Positions 9,155 through 18,043 of a stretch of DNA of 64,000 bases are shown piece by piece. Made by a program: the position numbers and the translations under genes. The notes beneath the pieces are model-generated. The model worked only from the letters and a program-made list of their open reading frames with translations, had not been told where the DNA came from and did not search any database. The first letter of the stretch is position 1. Every line of letters starts with the position of its first letter. The DNA lies in the NCBI GenBank assembly GCA_964600985.1, contig CAZRJR010000002.1, positions 40,867 through 104,866 on the forward strand, read 5' to 3'. The DNA comes from an uncultured Candidatus Saccharibacteria bacterium. Lineage in GTDB: Bacteria > Patescibacteriota > Saccharimonadia > CAILAD01 > JADZBC01.

Positions 9155-9270
9155 CCAGAATGTATTGACGGGCATACGAATGGCAATGGTATAATTAAAT
9201 TGTCACCAGTGAGGTGGCATCCTAGGTAGCGTCCGTTCACGGACAACCTACATAAGGAGTCCCTATGGGC
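9155..9270 (+). ncRNA. Candidate small RNA: promoter (TTGACG-19-TGgTATAAT, extended -10) to intrinsic terminator
   Basis: -35 at 9155-9160 and -10 at 9180-9185. About 78 nt downstream is a hairpin AAGGAGTCCC-TAT-GGGCTCCTT followed by TTTTTT. No plausible ORF lies between them. Confidence 0.3.
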
Positions 9271-9341
9271 TCCTTTTTTAGTTTTAATTCCTGCCCTCTA
9301 GTTGTATCGGTGAAGCAACCAGAATACATACAGTACCTACC

Positions 9342-9515
9342 CTATTCCTTAGGGACTTTGCCGCTAGCTTGCCGTGCCTCGGATAAGCCAATTGCAACAG
9401 CCTGCTCGCGGCTCTGCACCTTCTTTTTGCTTCGGCCAGAAAGCAACTTGCCCTGCTTGAATTTACGTATAGCCTCCGCTACCTTTTTGCTCGCTAATTT
9501 ACCATACTTTGCCAC
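9342..9515 (-). CDS. Small conserved basic protein (57 aa; KGG/general-stress-like small protein family)
   Basis: GTG start preceded by AAGGGGG. Product MAKYGKLASKKVAEAIRKFKQGKLLSGRSKKKVQSREQAVAIGLSEARQASGKVPKE resembles a widespread family of small proteins of about 55-60 aa. Not in the ORF track because it is under 60 aa. Confidence 0.45.
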   Translation of the reverse strand: MAKYGKLASKKVAEAIRKFKQGKLLSGRSKKKVQSREQAVAIGLSEARQASGKVPKE

Positions 9516-9595
9516 GCAACCCCCTTGTTTATCCCATAATACCCCTAGGTAGGTCGGATGTGCTGCGAAATATATTACATACCACTCAAATCGGT

Positions 9596-10234
9596 CTAAC
9601 GCTCCTCGAGCAGGGCTGTGAGCTTTTTACCATTCACGGTAAACGCCTGGGCTTTATAGGTAACCACTCCTTGGCGTTGCAGGTTCTTTAGTTCTATAGC
9701 GGTTGTTTCGCGGGTAAGGCCGATGAAGTTCGCAAAGTCCTGCTGGGTTAGGGGCAGTTTGAGTTCGATGGTGTCGTTGTCCCCCGCTATGCCAAATCTT
9801 CGGCATAGGAATTCTAGGGTATAGAGTACTTTGTCGCAGGCTCGGGATTGCTCGAGAGCGTGCATGCGAAGCTGGTGACTTATGTGCCGCTCTACATAGT
9901 AGTCCAAGGCTTTGTACATCATGTCAGGATTTTGCTTGAGGTAAGCTATGTAGTCCTCGCGGGGCACCATATAGAGTTCGGTATCGGTAAATGCCTCGTA
10001 AAAGAAGTAAGAATGGTCGATTTTGCCAAACACCCAGCCAATCGGGAAAACCTCGTAGGTAAGGTCAAACAGCACTGGGCGCTCTTCGCCCGCGGCGGTG
10101 ATGTTAAACACCTTCACAAAGCCCGACCGCACCACGTAGGCGTGTTCTGGCCGATCACCTTGCTCGATTATGGTGCTTCCGCGCGGAAACTTCTTGGATG
10201 GATAATTGGCCAAAAATGCGTCAAACTTATCCAT
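9596..10234 (-). CDS. Crp/Fnr family transcriptional regulator
   Basis: cNMP-binding beta-barrel plus a C-terminal HTH (LTQQDFANFIGLTRETTAIELKNLQRQGVV). Confidence 0.8.
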   Translation of the reverse strand: MDKFDAFLANYPSKKFPRGSTIIEQGDRPEHAYVVRSGFVKVFNITAAGEERPVLFDLTYEVFPIGWVFGKIDHSYFFYEAFTDTELYMVPREDYIAYLKQNPDMMYKALDYYVERHISHQLRMHALEQSRACDKVLYTLEFLCRRFGIAGDNDTIELKLPLTQQDFANFIGLTRETTAIELKNLQRQGVVTYKAQAFTVNGKKLTALLEER

Positions 10235-10280
10235 ATGCTACTCCCTTATAGTCGCAGTATAGGGAGTTTAGGGTGCTAGA

Positions 10281-10580
10281 TCAATCTATACGTCGTGGTG
10301 ATGTCCCCTCTAGCAGTACCGCAATCAAGTAGCCAATGAGCGCATACACTACCAAGGCGATAAGCACGGCAGTCTCAAGTGGTCGCCCCAAAACAGTATA
10401 GTTGGGCAATATATTACTAAACGGTGCACTTAAATTCCCCGCTAAGCGCCCAATCCATGCTACGAATGGTTGCGCTGGATTGGCGCCAAGCAAAGTAAAT
10501 GCTAACTGTAAGCTCAAAATCAGCTCGAAGATGCCGAAGATTGTATTAGATATAACGAGCAAAACTCGGTTTGGACTCAT
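10281..10580 (-). CDS. Small membrane protein, YggT-like
   Basis: 99 aa, two TM helices, pattern consistent with the YggT family. Low certainty. Confidence 0.4.
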   Translation of the reverse strand: MSPNRVLLVISNTIFGIFELILSLQLAFTLLGANPAQPFVAWIGRLAGNLSAPFSNILPNYTVLGRPLETAVLIALVVYALIGYLIAVLLEGTSPRRID

Positions 10581-10614
10581 GTATATTCTCCTGGTTAAGG
10601 CTTGGCATAAGGAC

Positions 10615-10758
10615 CTAGGCTCGGCGTCGTGCTACGAGGTCATATATAAAGATTGCGATGGCCACCAGCAGTACCAAATGGATGATACTCCCCCCAATGT
10701 GCCCCAGTAAACCCAAAAACCATAATACGATCAGTACTATTGCTATAGTGCTTAACAT
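10615..10758 (-). CDS. lmo0937-family small membrane protein (47 aa)
   Basis: GGAGG RBS. Product MLSTIAIVLIVLWFLGLLGHIGGSIIHLVLLVAIAIFIYDLVARRRA matches the lmo0937/DUF5670 pattern. Below the ORF-track size cutoff. Confidence 0.5.
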   Translation of the reverse strand: MLSTIAIVLIVLWFLGLLGHIGGSIIHLVLLVAIAIFIYDLVARRRA

Positions 10759-10969
10759 ACTTCTCTCCTCGCTTACTAGTACATATAATGACGCGATGTA
10801 CCCACTTGGTCAGTGAGATTTCTAACCCAAACTTAGAGCGCATGTTATATATCTCATAGCCATCTCGATTGGCCTGCAGTATGCTGAAAAATGTTAAGCG
10901 GAGGTAGGGCGTGAAACTGCAAAACAAACCACCAAGAGTATGTAAATTTACTATACACAAGGAGGAGAC

Positions 10970-11143
10970 ATGCAAAGTTTCATGACACAGACCAAAACAA
11001 AAGCACGTAGCCGATCGGCGGCTATTCCTGGGAGTGCAGAATATCTAGAGTTGCTCGACGAAATAGCTACTAAATGGGCAGTTAAAGCCGATCGATTAGC
11101 GCGCCGCAGGCGAGCCCATGTAAGAGCCAAACCATTACACTAA
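10970..11143 (+). CDS. Small basic hypothetical protein (57 aa)
   Basis: AAGGAGGAG RBS 8 nt upstream of the ATG. Product MQSFMTQTKTKARSRSAAIPGSAEYLELLDEIATKWAVKADRLARRRRAHVRAKPLH. Confidence 0.4.
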   Translation: MQSFMTQTKTKARSRSAAIPGSAEYLELLDEIATKWAVKADRLARRRRAHVRAKPLH

Positions 11144-11166
11144 CTTACTTACTACAAGGAGGCACT

Positions 11167-11334
11167 ATGGCGAGTTCTGAGGAACTTCAAGAACAAGCGC
11201 AGGCTGTTCGGGATCAGGCAGTAGAAAAGCAAGGTGAAGCTAAGGCGCTCGACGAAAAGGCAGACGAGCTTGATAGTCTTGCCGAAGAAGCGGCCCAGCT
11301 TGAGGAGGAACAGGAGGAAGTCCTCGAAGAGTAA
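11167..11334 (+). CDS. Small acidic coiled-coil hypothetical protein (55 aa)
   Basis: AAGGAGG RBS. Product MASSEELQEQAQAVRDQAVEKQGEAKALDEKADELDSLAEEAAQLEEEQEEVLEE. Followed by a hairpin at 11352-11382. Confidence 0.4.
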   Translation: MASSEELQEQAQAVRDQAVEKQGEAKALDEKADELDSLAEEAAQLEEEQEEVLEE

Positions 11335-11437
11335 ACTAACTGGTTTGACGCCTGGAAAGAAAGAGACCCTCGATGGAGACGAGGGTCTCTTTCGAGGGTC
11401 TGGGGTCGCAGCAAGGAGTCGGTCGAGTTTTTCCTGA

Positions 11438-12055
11438 CTAGGTTTTTCGTTGTCTCGCCAAGCGGCGATTAATGCGACGAGCGTTTTTGGCCTGTGCGTA
11501 TGCCCACAGCACAAAAGCTAGGTATCCCGCACCCATCCCTAGCCCCAGAATGCCGCTCATGAGCGGCGTCCCTGGACTCGATGCAGGCCAAAAATCAGAG
11601 GGGTCTTCTAAGTAGACCCGGCTACTGTTATCAGACACCCAAATAGTTATCGTGTCGCCTTTGCGAGCTCCCTCCTTGAGCGGGAGCTTTACCCAGTGGG
11701 GTCTTTCTGAGTCGGGCGAAAAGTACTTGTACCACAGCCAATATGCTTGTCCGTGCTTCGTGGTGTCTATGTCTGCAAGGGTTGCCACAACGGGCTCCCA
11801 TTCCTGGCGCCGAAGGGTGTCGCGTTGGGCCAGTTCTTGGCCCATATGCAGCCCCACATACACAGGGACTGCCAGGCAGGCCAGGCATATCAGCCATACC
11901 CCAAGCCGCGCAATCTGCACACCTCGATCTACGAGGATCTTGGCAACTACCAGCGGAGCGCCGATAACACATCCCAGCATCCACAGGGCTGTGTATATGA
12001 AGTTGACAAGAAATGACCTGTGTTGCAGGTTGGTAGTAGTACGGTACTCCTTCAT
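11438..12055 (-). CDS. Hypothetical membrane protein (3 TM), moderately GC-rich
   Basis: 205 aa. First gene of a moderately GC-rich (about 56%) minus-strand segment. Confidence 0.45.
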   Translation of the reverse strand: MKEYRTTTNLQHRSFLVNFIYTALWMLGCVIGAPLVVAKILVDRGVQIARLGVWLICLACLAVPVYVGLHMGQELAQRDTLRRQEWEPVVATLADIDTTKHGQAYWLWYKYFSPDSERPHWVKLPLKEGARKGDTITIWVSDNSSRVYLEDPSDFWPASSPGTPLMSGILGLGMGAGYLAFVLWAYAQAKNARRINRRLARQRKT

Positions 12056-12241
12056 GTGCGCTCGCCTTTCTACGATCAGACCAGAAGGTATCTTGGAGTA
12101 TAGGCTATTTGTGGATTATTTCAAGCTTGTAGTTGACTAAGACCCCCCTTCTCTTAAAACAAAGAAGCGACCCAAAAGGATACTCCCTGAGTCGCTTGTG
12201 GGGCCGGCCGTGTGCCGCTTACCCCTCGCCTCGATGCAGTT

Positions 12242-12547
12242 CTAGTCAGACCACGTATCGGTAAACCTACAGAGCGTTCGCCACCGGTCATTCTTCACTA
12301 CCGAGTAGAACTTCTCACATTTTCCTCCGCCGATGCTCCAGTGGGCTTCCAGTATGCCTGCCTCTTGGAGTTGTCGGCACATGTGGCTGATGCTGCTGGT
12401 GTCGATGCGGCGCCCCAGGGGTTGTTGGCTCCATAGAGTTGTGGCGGTGAATCTGCCCCGCTGCTTCCTGATCAGGGCCAGGAGGAGAGGGGCATGCTTG
12501 CGCCTCAGGAACCAAGCGATGGTTTGCAGATCAGTGTCTTTTTTCAC
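12242..12547 (-). CDS. Winged-helix transcriptional regulator (ArsR/SmtB-like)
   Basis: 101 aa. The pattern LLLALIRKQRGRFTATTLWSQQ...ISHMCRQLQEAGILEA suggests an ArsR-type HTH. Followed by a terminator hairpin at about 12150-12200 on the minus strand. Confidence 0.45.
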   Translation of the reverse strand: MKKDTDLQTIAWFLRRKHAPLLLALIRKQRGRFTATTLWSQQPLGRRIDTSSISHMCRQLQEAGILEAHWSIGGGKCEKFYSVVKNDRWRTLCRFTDTWSD

Positions 12548-12561
12548 GGCTCACTCCTTCT

Positions 12562-12981
12562 TCAACCTGCCGCTGCACACATTTTCGCTACACCCTCGGA
12601 CGTAATGATCAGGTTGAGGTCGTCCCTAACCCGCACGTAGGCAAAAACCGTGCCGTCTTGGTACGCGTAGTGGAGCACCAGTTCACAGCCTCCGTTCTTG
12701 ACCGTAACGACGTTGTTGGTGCTGTCGTTGCTAATCACTTTGAGGCCGTCGGCCTTCAGCTGACTTTTGACGAACCAATCGTCATAGTGGTCGCCACTGC
12801 CCCACATGCCCAATACCAGAGCGATAAAGGCTGCGATGACGCAGATGAAAGCCACTCCGCCACCGTCCTTCTTCACGAAGAAGAAGGCGAGGATGCCAGC
12901 AACAAGAAGTACAAGGCTCGCACCAAATGCGGCAGCTTCCCCGCCACCGACAAGGTGATTGCCCAGAAAGTGAAAAGTCAA
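12562..12981 (-). CDS. Hypothetical membrane protein (2 TM plus a soluble C-terminal domain)
   Basis: 139 aa ORF immediately upstream, on the same strand, of the ArsR-like gene. Confidence 0.4.
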   Translation of the reverse strand: MTFHFLGNHLVGGGEAAAFGASLVLLVAGILAFFFVKKDGGGVAFICVIAAFIALVLGMWGSGDHYDDWFVKSQLKADGLKVISNDSTNNVVTVKNGGCELVLHYAYQDGTVFAYVRVRDDLNLIITSEGVAKMCAAAG

Positions 12982-13036
12982 AGTACGCTCCTTAGATCAG
13001 GAGATCAGGTTTGATCTCGCAGTAATACAATAGCAC

Positions 13037-14107
13037 CTAGAATTCTATTTGCAAGATGCTCTTAAATCCCTGGGTGGCTCTTAGCTCCAAGTAGCGCCTA
13101 AGCAAGCTCTGTAGCTCCGAATGTTCTCGACTAACTACATGTGTGTGCGTTTCGGTTAGAGCAGCACTTTTAATCTGCTCCATTCGGTCTATAAGTTTCG
13201 CCTCCTCGGTACTAAGCCGGTTTTCACACTGGTAAAAGCATAGGGTATAGTTGTGCCCGTATACCTTTTCAAACAACTGCTTGGATCGCGCCATATGGAA
13301 TCCACTTGTCACTATCGCTAGGGAGCGCCAGCCGTTAGTGTCGACTATTTTCTTGCAATAGGTGGCATTCTCGAAAGTATTTTCAGATAAGCTCTCGGTA
13401 ACGATCTGATCTTCGCCCACTCCCAGCGATAGCGCATATTGCTTCATGGATTCGGCCTCGGTTAGACGGGGTGTGTAGCTGTGTAGGCGAGAGACTCTTC
13501 CGGATAGAACTATCTTGTCCGCTTCGCCATCACGTACCATTTGCACGGCCCGGCGCACGCGACTCTTGCCCTCCTCTGGGGTAATCCCATCTTCTGTGAC
13601 GTCAAATCCCAGCACTATTACGGCATCAAAAGGCTCGGTGCTTAGAAGCTGATTGGTAATTTCTGCTGTCGGCAGAGTAGCGTCAATGGTTTTGTCGATT
13701 AGCCCAGCTGCGAGTATCTCCTCGTGGTTCTCTAGCTGACCTTTTAGCCAAGGAGTAGCGTCTTCGTAGCCTTCGTGCTCCATGCGGTCATGGTTGCGGC
13801 GTAGCATCTCGTCGTAGCTCAGCTTGAGTTGAACGACAGTAAAGCCATGATCTTTAAACATCTCTACTTGTGACAAGGGGTAAAAGTAATTTGCAAAGAA
13901 TATTATGTGCTCTTGCTTTGCTACTTTTTGATAAATTTCGGGTATAAGTACGTCGTCTTTGTAGTCGTTATCACTAGGCCAAACGCCACCGTTAGCCGCC
14001 AGGATCTCCTCATCAATCTCTGAAGCATTTAAGTTTGTATGCTGGCGCAAGTACCTGACAAGCGTAGTTTTGCCAGAAAGCTGCGGGCCTATAACGAGAA
14101 TCTTCAT
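13037..14107 (-). CDS. Fusion protein: N-terminal P-loop NTPase/kinase-like domain plus C-terminal DUF218 (YdcF/ElyC/SanA-like) domain
   Basis: Walker A MKILVIGPQLSGKTTLVRYL at the N-terminus. The C-terminal half (VIVLGFDV...IVLSGR...TENTFENA...LAIVTSGFHMARS) follows the DUF218 pattern. Confidence 0.6.
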   Translation of the reverse strand: MKILVIGPQLSGKTTLVRYLRQHTNLNASEIDEEILAANGGVWPSDNDYKDDVLIPEIYQKVAKQEHIIFFANYFYPLSQVEMFKDHGFTVVQLKLSYDEMLRRNHDRMEHEGYEDATPWLKGQLENHEEILAAGLIDKTIDATLPTAEITNQLLSTEPFDAVIVLGFDVTEDGITPEEGKSRVRRAVQMVRDGEADKIVLSGRVSRLHSYTPRLTEAESMKQYALSLGVGEDQIVTESLSENTFENATYCKKIVDTNGWRSLAIVTSGFHMARSKQLFEKVYGHNYTLCFYQCENRLSTEEAKLIDRMEQIKSAALTETHTHVVSREHSELQSLLRRYLELRATQGFKSILQIEF

Positions 14108-14120
14108 GAGTCTAGTATAA

Positions 14121-14155
14121 CAAAGCGAAACCCGGCGAAGCCGAAATCTCGCCGG
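14121..14155 (-). terminator. Intrinsic terminator (CCCGGCG...CGCCGGG) for the GC-rich gene 14187-14609
   Basis: 7-bp GC stem followed by a U-rich tract on the minus strand. Confidence 0.5.
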
Positions 14156-14186
14156 GGGAACCCCACTCTTAACTTGCTGAGCCTCA

Positions 14187-14609
14187 CTACCACATGCTGC
14201 GACGAGGCAGATCTCGCCGAACTTCGTCTTCCCAGGGGTAACTGCGACCAGGGTTGTCGCGATAGTTGTAACGCCCTCGTGGACGACGAGGAGCTCTACC
14301 GAGGTGCGGATGCTGGGTGATCAGCCTGTCGATGGTCTCGATGGCAATCGACTTCGTGGTGTTGTTGGATGGGCCCGGAGCCTGTAGCGGGCGACGGAGT
14401 TCACGCGCTCTCTCTCGGCTGATGATGCCGCGCTTCACCAGTCCGTGAAGGTCGAAGCTGAGCGCCTGCTTCACCCTGCCCTCACTTGGGTAGGGCTTTT
14501 TCGGGTGGTATGGGTATGCATCACTGTAGAGCCCCACGGGGCCTCCTTGGCGAATCAGGAACACTAGCCAACCTGGCAAGTGTTGGAGGTATTTTATAAC
14601 TCTGGTCAC
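14187..14609 (-). CDS. Hypothetical protein in GC-rich island
   Basis: 140 aa, about 62% GC, Arg/Pro-rich. Coding status moderate. Confidence 0.35.
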   Translation of the reverse strand: MTRVIKYLQHLPGWLVFLIRQGGPVGLYSDAYPYHPKKPYPSEGRVKQALSFDLHGLVKRGIISRERARELRRPLQAPGPSNNTTKSIAIETIDRLITQHPHLGRAPRRPRGRYNYRDNPGRSYPWEDEVRRDLPRRSMW

Positions 14610-14716
14610 ATGTGGTCAATGAAGTATTTCAATTGGTGTCTTACCACCTAAACCCACAACAATAGGTTGTGAACTTGGGTAGTGCCAGTTTTGAGGGTCT
14701 GGCAACCTTGCTACGA

Positions 14717-15334
14717 CTAGGAGTCGGTGTCCGATCGCAGCTTACGGCTCTGCTCCCATGCCCTGAGCTCGGCCAGGCTGAACGGGTTGAGCCGCTCGTG
14801 GCGGCAGTACCACCACGCTACCTTCATGGCAGCGAAGTGGAGAACGCACACCACGGTGGCGATTCCTGCTCCGATCAGCGCGGCCTCACTCCAGAGCTGC
14901 TGGTGTTCTGCTGCGGTCAGTGGCTGGAGTGGCTTGCCGGTGGCAGGGTCGATCTGACCCGATGCAACCACCTGGTTGACCATCGAGTTGACGATGTAGT
15001 GCCACATGTCACCGACCACGATGGCTCCAGTCAACACGACCAGGCCATAGCAGGCCAGCACCTGGCGCTTGTGCCACACCACGTTCTCCTGGTAGGAGGC
15101 GTCGAGGGCACGCTTGCCGAAGCACTTGCTGAGCAACACCTCAGCGAAGAGGTGGACCCCACCGTCTTCACGGCGCCACCACTGGGCCAGCTTGATGCAG
15201 ATCACGCGAGCGGCGTAGTAGGCCAGGGGCAGATAGAGCAGGTATGCAAGGTACTTGTACATCATGTGCGATTTTCTCCCGCACTCTAGGGCGAATTTGA
15301 TTCCGCCGAAATACAACGGCATACATAATAGCAT
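14717..15334 (-). CDS. Hypothetical membrane protein in GC-rich island
   Basis: Several TM helices. The start is probably the internal MMYKYLAYLL (about 15265). Confidence 0.4.
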   Translation of the reverse strand: MLLCMPLYFGGIKFALECGRKSHMMYKYLAYLLYLPLAYYAARVICIKLAQWWRREDGGVHLFAEVLLSKCFGKRALDASYQENVVWHKRQVLACYGLVVLTGAIVVGDMWHYIVNSMVNQVVASGQIDPATGKPLQPLTAAEHQQLWSEAALIGAGIATVVCVLHFAAMKVAWWYCRHERLNPFSLAELRAWEQSRKLRSDTDS

Positions 15335-15573
15335 AAGCGTTAATGTATGTCAAGTACAACAAAGACCCCTCTCGGGGTCTAGGCAAATTATATAAGTCAC
15401 TGCCGTAGCTTACGGGATGATTTTAGAACCATCTACTTACAAGGCAAGAACCTGCCTTCATACTGAGTAATGAGATTGCACTTTACAAAATTTGAGATAA
15501 CCATAAGTAAGTGGCAGTTTACCAAATTATAGTAAAGACTCTTTTTAACAGGTCAGAAAAGTTGCATACTATT

Positions 15574-16326
15574 TTAGTTGACTTCTGAAGCTAATAGTGG
15601 CTGGACTCCTCCATCAACAATCAAATATTGTCCGGTAATATAGGATGATTTACTGCTAATAAAGAATTCAATAGAATCCGCAATTTCGGTTGGATCAGCT
15701 ATTCTCTTAAGTAACTGCCTGTTTGCAAGTCTCTTTATCTCTTCTGGACTTAAATGTTCTGTTAGCATTCTGGTATTTACAGCGCCTGGTACAACTGCAT
15801 TAATACGGACTCTATGCGGAGCTGCTTCAATTGCAAGTGATCTTACCAGTCCAAGTAGTGCAGCTTTAGAAGACGCATAAGCAGCGAGGCCGGCAGATGT
15901 AACTATTCCGTGTATAGAGCCAACCGCAACAACAGAAGGCCAATTTTGATTTCCCTCTGTACTATTTGCAAGTATTGGCAAAAGCTTTTTAACTACAATC
16001 CACGTATTCTTAACGTTAACTCTGAATGTGTAGTCCCATTCTTCCGAAGTCATTGCATTAAATGGTTTAACAAATTGCGCTGCAGCACACAGCACAATCC
16101 CGTTAATGGTTTTATGTTTCTTGATGCGGTTAAAAATCTCGTCCATGTTGTCTTCATTCGCGACGTCAGAATTATAGAACTCGTCTATCCATATACCATC
16201 GGGGGCAGTTTTGTCTATGCCTATAACATGCCAGCCTAATTGATGGTATTTTTTTGCAGTGGCTAAACCTATACCACTTGATGCCCCTGTTATAAGTATG
16301 ATTTTATTTGCCACTGATTTGTACAT
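15574..16326 (-). CDS. SDR family NAD(P)-dependent oxidoreductase
   Basis: TGASSGIG glycine-rich motif and the usual SDR catalytic residues. AT-rich (about 37% GC) segment. Confidence 0.75.
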   Translation of the reverse strand: MYKSVANKIILITGASSGIGLATAKKYHQLGWHVIGIDKTAPDGIWIDEFYNSDVANEDNMDEIFNRIKKHKTINGIVLCAAAQFVKPFNAMTSEEWDYTFRVNVKNTWIVVKKLLPILANSTEGNQNWPSVVAVGSIHGIVTSAGLAAYASSKAALLGLVRSLAIEAAPHRVRINAVVPGAVNTRMLTEHLSPEEIKRLANRQLLKRIADPTEIADSIEFFISSKSSYITGQYLIVDGGVQPLLASEVN

Positions 16327-17164
16327 TTGTTGGGTATTCCCCATTTCTGATTGCATGCATAAATACTAACCTAATAGCCTTAAATGACTTAAAAACCTGA
16401 ACAAGTGATGGTTTATACTCCGCTCGTAATTTCATCATTCGTGGTATTGCTTTAAGGTGGGGAAATAGTTCTTGATAGTATTGGACTTCTTCGGTGAGAC
16501 CCGTTGCCTTTCCCGTGAGACTAAAATAGCTGCTATGAAGAGCCCACTTGAGAGCAGACAGTGAATACTTGGTTGCGTGAGATGTAAAAGGATAGATTAT
16601 AAGTGCGTAAGCATTTAGCACCCAGTACATTACAAAGTTTCTCCAAACTTTTATCTTGGATATGGGTGATATTTCCGAACAGGGCTTAAGTAAATCTACA
16701 CCATAGATTACCCTAGCTGATAACTGTATGTTCTTATACCCTATATCAGTTGCCCATAATGGATTATCCAAGATAGCAGAGTCAAGCCAACTTTCTGATT
16801 TAAAAATTTTCCCCGTATCTTCATTGATGAATTCTGATTCTGTACATACAAATACGGATTTATATTGGGCACCAATTCGATCGAGGACTCTCACTACTCT
16901 ACCCTTAATATTTGTGGGCACGGGTCTAATTCCCATATCCTCTTCAATTTTGTACAGAACTTGTTTTAATGCACTTATGTCTGATAGAGATGTTTCATCT
17001 TGAACGGCTACAATAAGATCTAAGTCTGATAACTTATCTATATCCTGCTTAGCTAAACTCCCAAATAATATTATCGAAACAATATCGATTTGGTTTTTTC
17101 TCGCAAATTCAAGTACCCGTTTCTTTATTAGGTCAAGATCTGATGTATTCTTATTTTTTGCCAT
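16304..17164 (-). CDS. Nucleotidyltransferase-domain protein (Pol-beta superfamily; ANT/Lnu-like or minimal NTase)
   Basis: LFGSLAKQDIDKLSDLDLIVAV GS...DxD motif in the N-terminal 60 aa. 286 aa, AT-rich. Confidence 0.6.
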   Translation of the reverse strand: MAKNKNTSDLDLIKKRVLEFARKNQIDIVSIILFGSLAKQDIDKLSDLDLIVAVQDETSLSDISALKQVLYKIEEDMGIRPVPTNIKGRVVRVLDRIGAQYKSVFVCTESEFINEDTGKIFKSESWLDSAILDNPLWATDIGYKNIQLSARVIYGVDLLKPCSEISPISKIKVWRNFVMYWVLNAYALIIYPFTSHATKYSLSALKWALHSSYFSLTGKATGLTEEVQYYQELFPHLKAIPRMMKLRAEYKPSLVQVFKSFKAIRLVFMHAIRNGEYPTNVQISGK

Positions 17165-17410
17165 GATTGCAGCATATTATATTAAATCTCAAAATTGATG
17201 TCCATTGTGGGCTTGAATGTCTTCATGTCTTTTGGAGATTTCTTTCCGCACTATAAACCTCCTCTCAAAGTCTTCAATAAGGTGCTTGTGTATGGAGTAG
17301 CTTACGAGCTGATATACGAACCACATAAAGCGAAACCCTCTCGAGTCCCGCATGTAGAATGCGAAACCCAAGAGGGCGGGTGCTGGGTGAACCAGTAGTG
17401 TTGGGATGGG

Positions 17411-17878
17411 TTAGGTGTCCGTGGTCACCGTCTGCTCGACATCGTCGGTGGTCTTGTCGAAGAGGTCGTGGTACATCCGGTGGAGACGCTCATGCTCGGA
17501 GGCGACGTACTCGCGCTGGGCGGTCCTCGTGGTGTGCGTCTTCTCGACGGCGGCCACAGCCACACTGTACTCGGGCTCGATGAAGGCCATGTACGGCGCA
17601 TCGTTCTCGGTCGGCACGTAGCCAGGGTGGTCGGCCTCCCATGCGGCCTGCTTGGCCCGCAGGGCGGACATGGCATCGCACTCCTCAGCGCGAGCCAGGT
17701 GGAAGTCGGCCTCCAGCTTGCTCATCTCCGCACGGGTGCGCTCGAACTCAGCCATGTAGCCGAGTGAGTCAGGCGGAAGGTCTGCAGTCGCCAGGTTCGA
17801 GGGGTCCATCGGTGCGCCGAGGTCGATGATGATGCCACCTCCGATGCCGATGCCGAAGATTTCTTCGGTGAGTCCCAT
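17411..17878 (-). CDS. Hypothetical acidic protein in a GC-rich (about 65%) insert
   Basis: 155 aa. Chosen over the overlapping alternative frames because of length and a start with an upstream purine-rich stretch. Flanked by direct repeats (17258-17323 and 18008-18066). Confidence 0.35.
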   Translation of the reverse strand: MGLTEEIFGIGIGGGIIIDLGAPMDPSNLATADLPPDSLGYMAEFERTRAEMSKLEADFHLARAEECDAMSALRAKQAAWEADHPGYVPTENDAPYMAFIEPEYSVAVAAVEKTHTTRTAQREYVASEHERLHRMYHDLFDKTTDDVEQTVTTDT

Positions 17879-18043
17879 GACTCTACCTAACCTTTCTCCC
17901 CGTTCGGGGAGGCAACCTAAGTAGCTTTAGGCTATCTTCCCGAGGGGAGGGAATATAACTTAACATATACCAAGCCATGTGTCAACGCATTTACCCTTGA
18001 GCAAAAAGACTCCTCTCGGAGTCTTCAATAAAATGCTTATGTA

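Noticed and set aside
9265-9552. Plus-strand ORF with an apparent AAGGAG RBS
   Set aside because: The AAGGAG is the 5' half of a terminator palindrome (AAGGAGTCCC-TAT-GGGCTCCTT plus T6). The product is Cys/Pro/Leu-rich with no protein-like character. It is antisense to a well-formed 57-aa gene (9342-9515).
10640-10975. 111-aa minus-strand ORF
   Set aside because: It overlaps, in a different frame, the 47-aa lmo0937-family gene (10615-10758), which has a GGAGG RBS and a family-typical sequence. The longer ORF has no RBS and an odd composition.
11152-11514. 120-aa minus-strand ORF
   Set aside because: Antisense to two RBS-bearing small plus-strand genes. Low-complexity product.
15366-15390. 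Shared motif AAAGACYCCTCTCGGRGTCT at 15366 and 18010 as a mobile-element terminus
   Set aside because: Both are simple palindromic terminator hairpins for minus-strand genes. The similarity could be convergent, so it is not treated as an element boundary.
17258-17400. Possible second (pseudo-)tRNA within direct repeat A
   Set aside because: Only the last 12 nt or so of the tRNA-Arg 3' end plus its terminator are recognisably duplicated. The remainder cannot be folded into a cloverleaf. Treated as an att-like partial duplication, not a tRNA gene.
17415-17829. Multiple overlapping ORFs on both strands in the 65% GC insert
   Set aside because: High GC yields stop-free frames on all strands. 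Only the longest minus-strand ORF (17411-17878) was kept, and that at low confidence.
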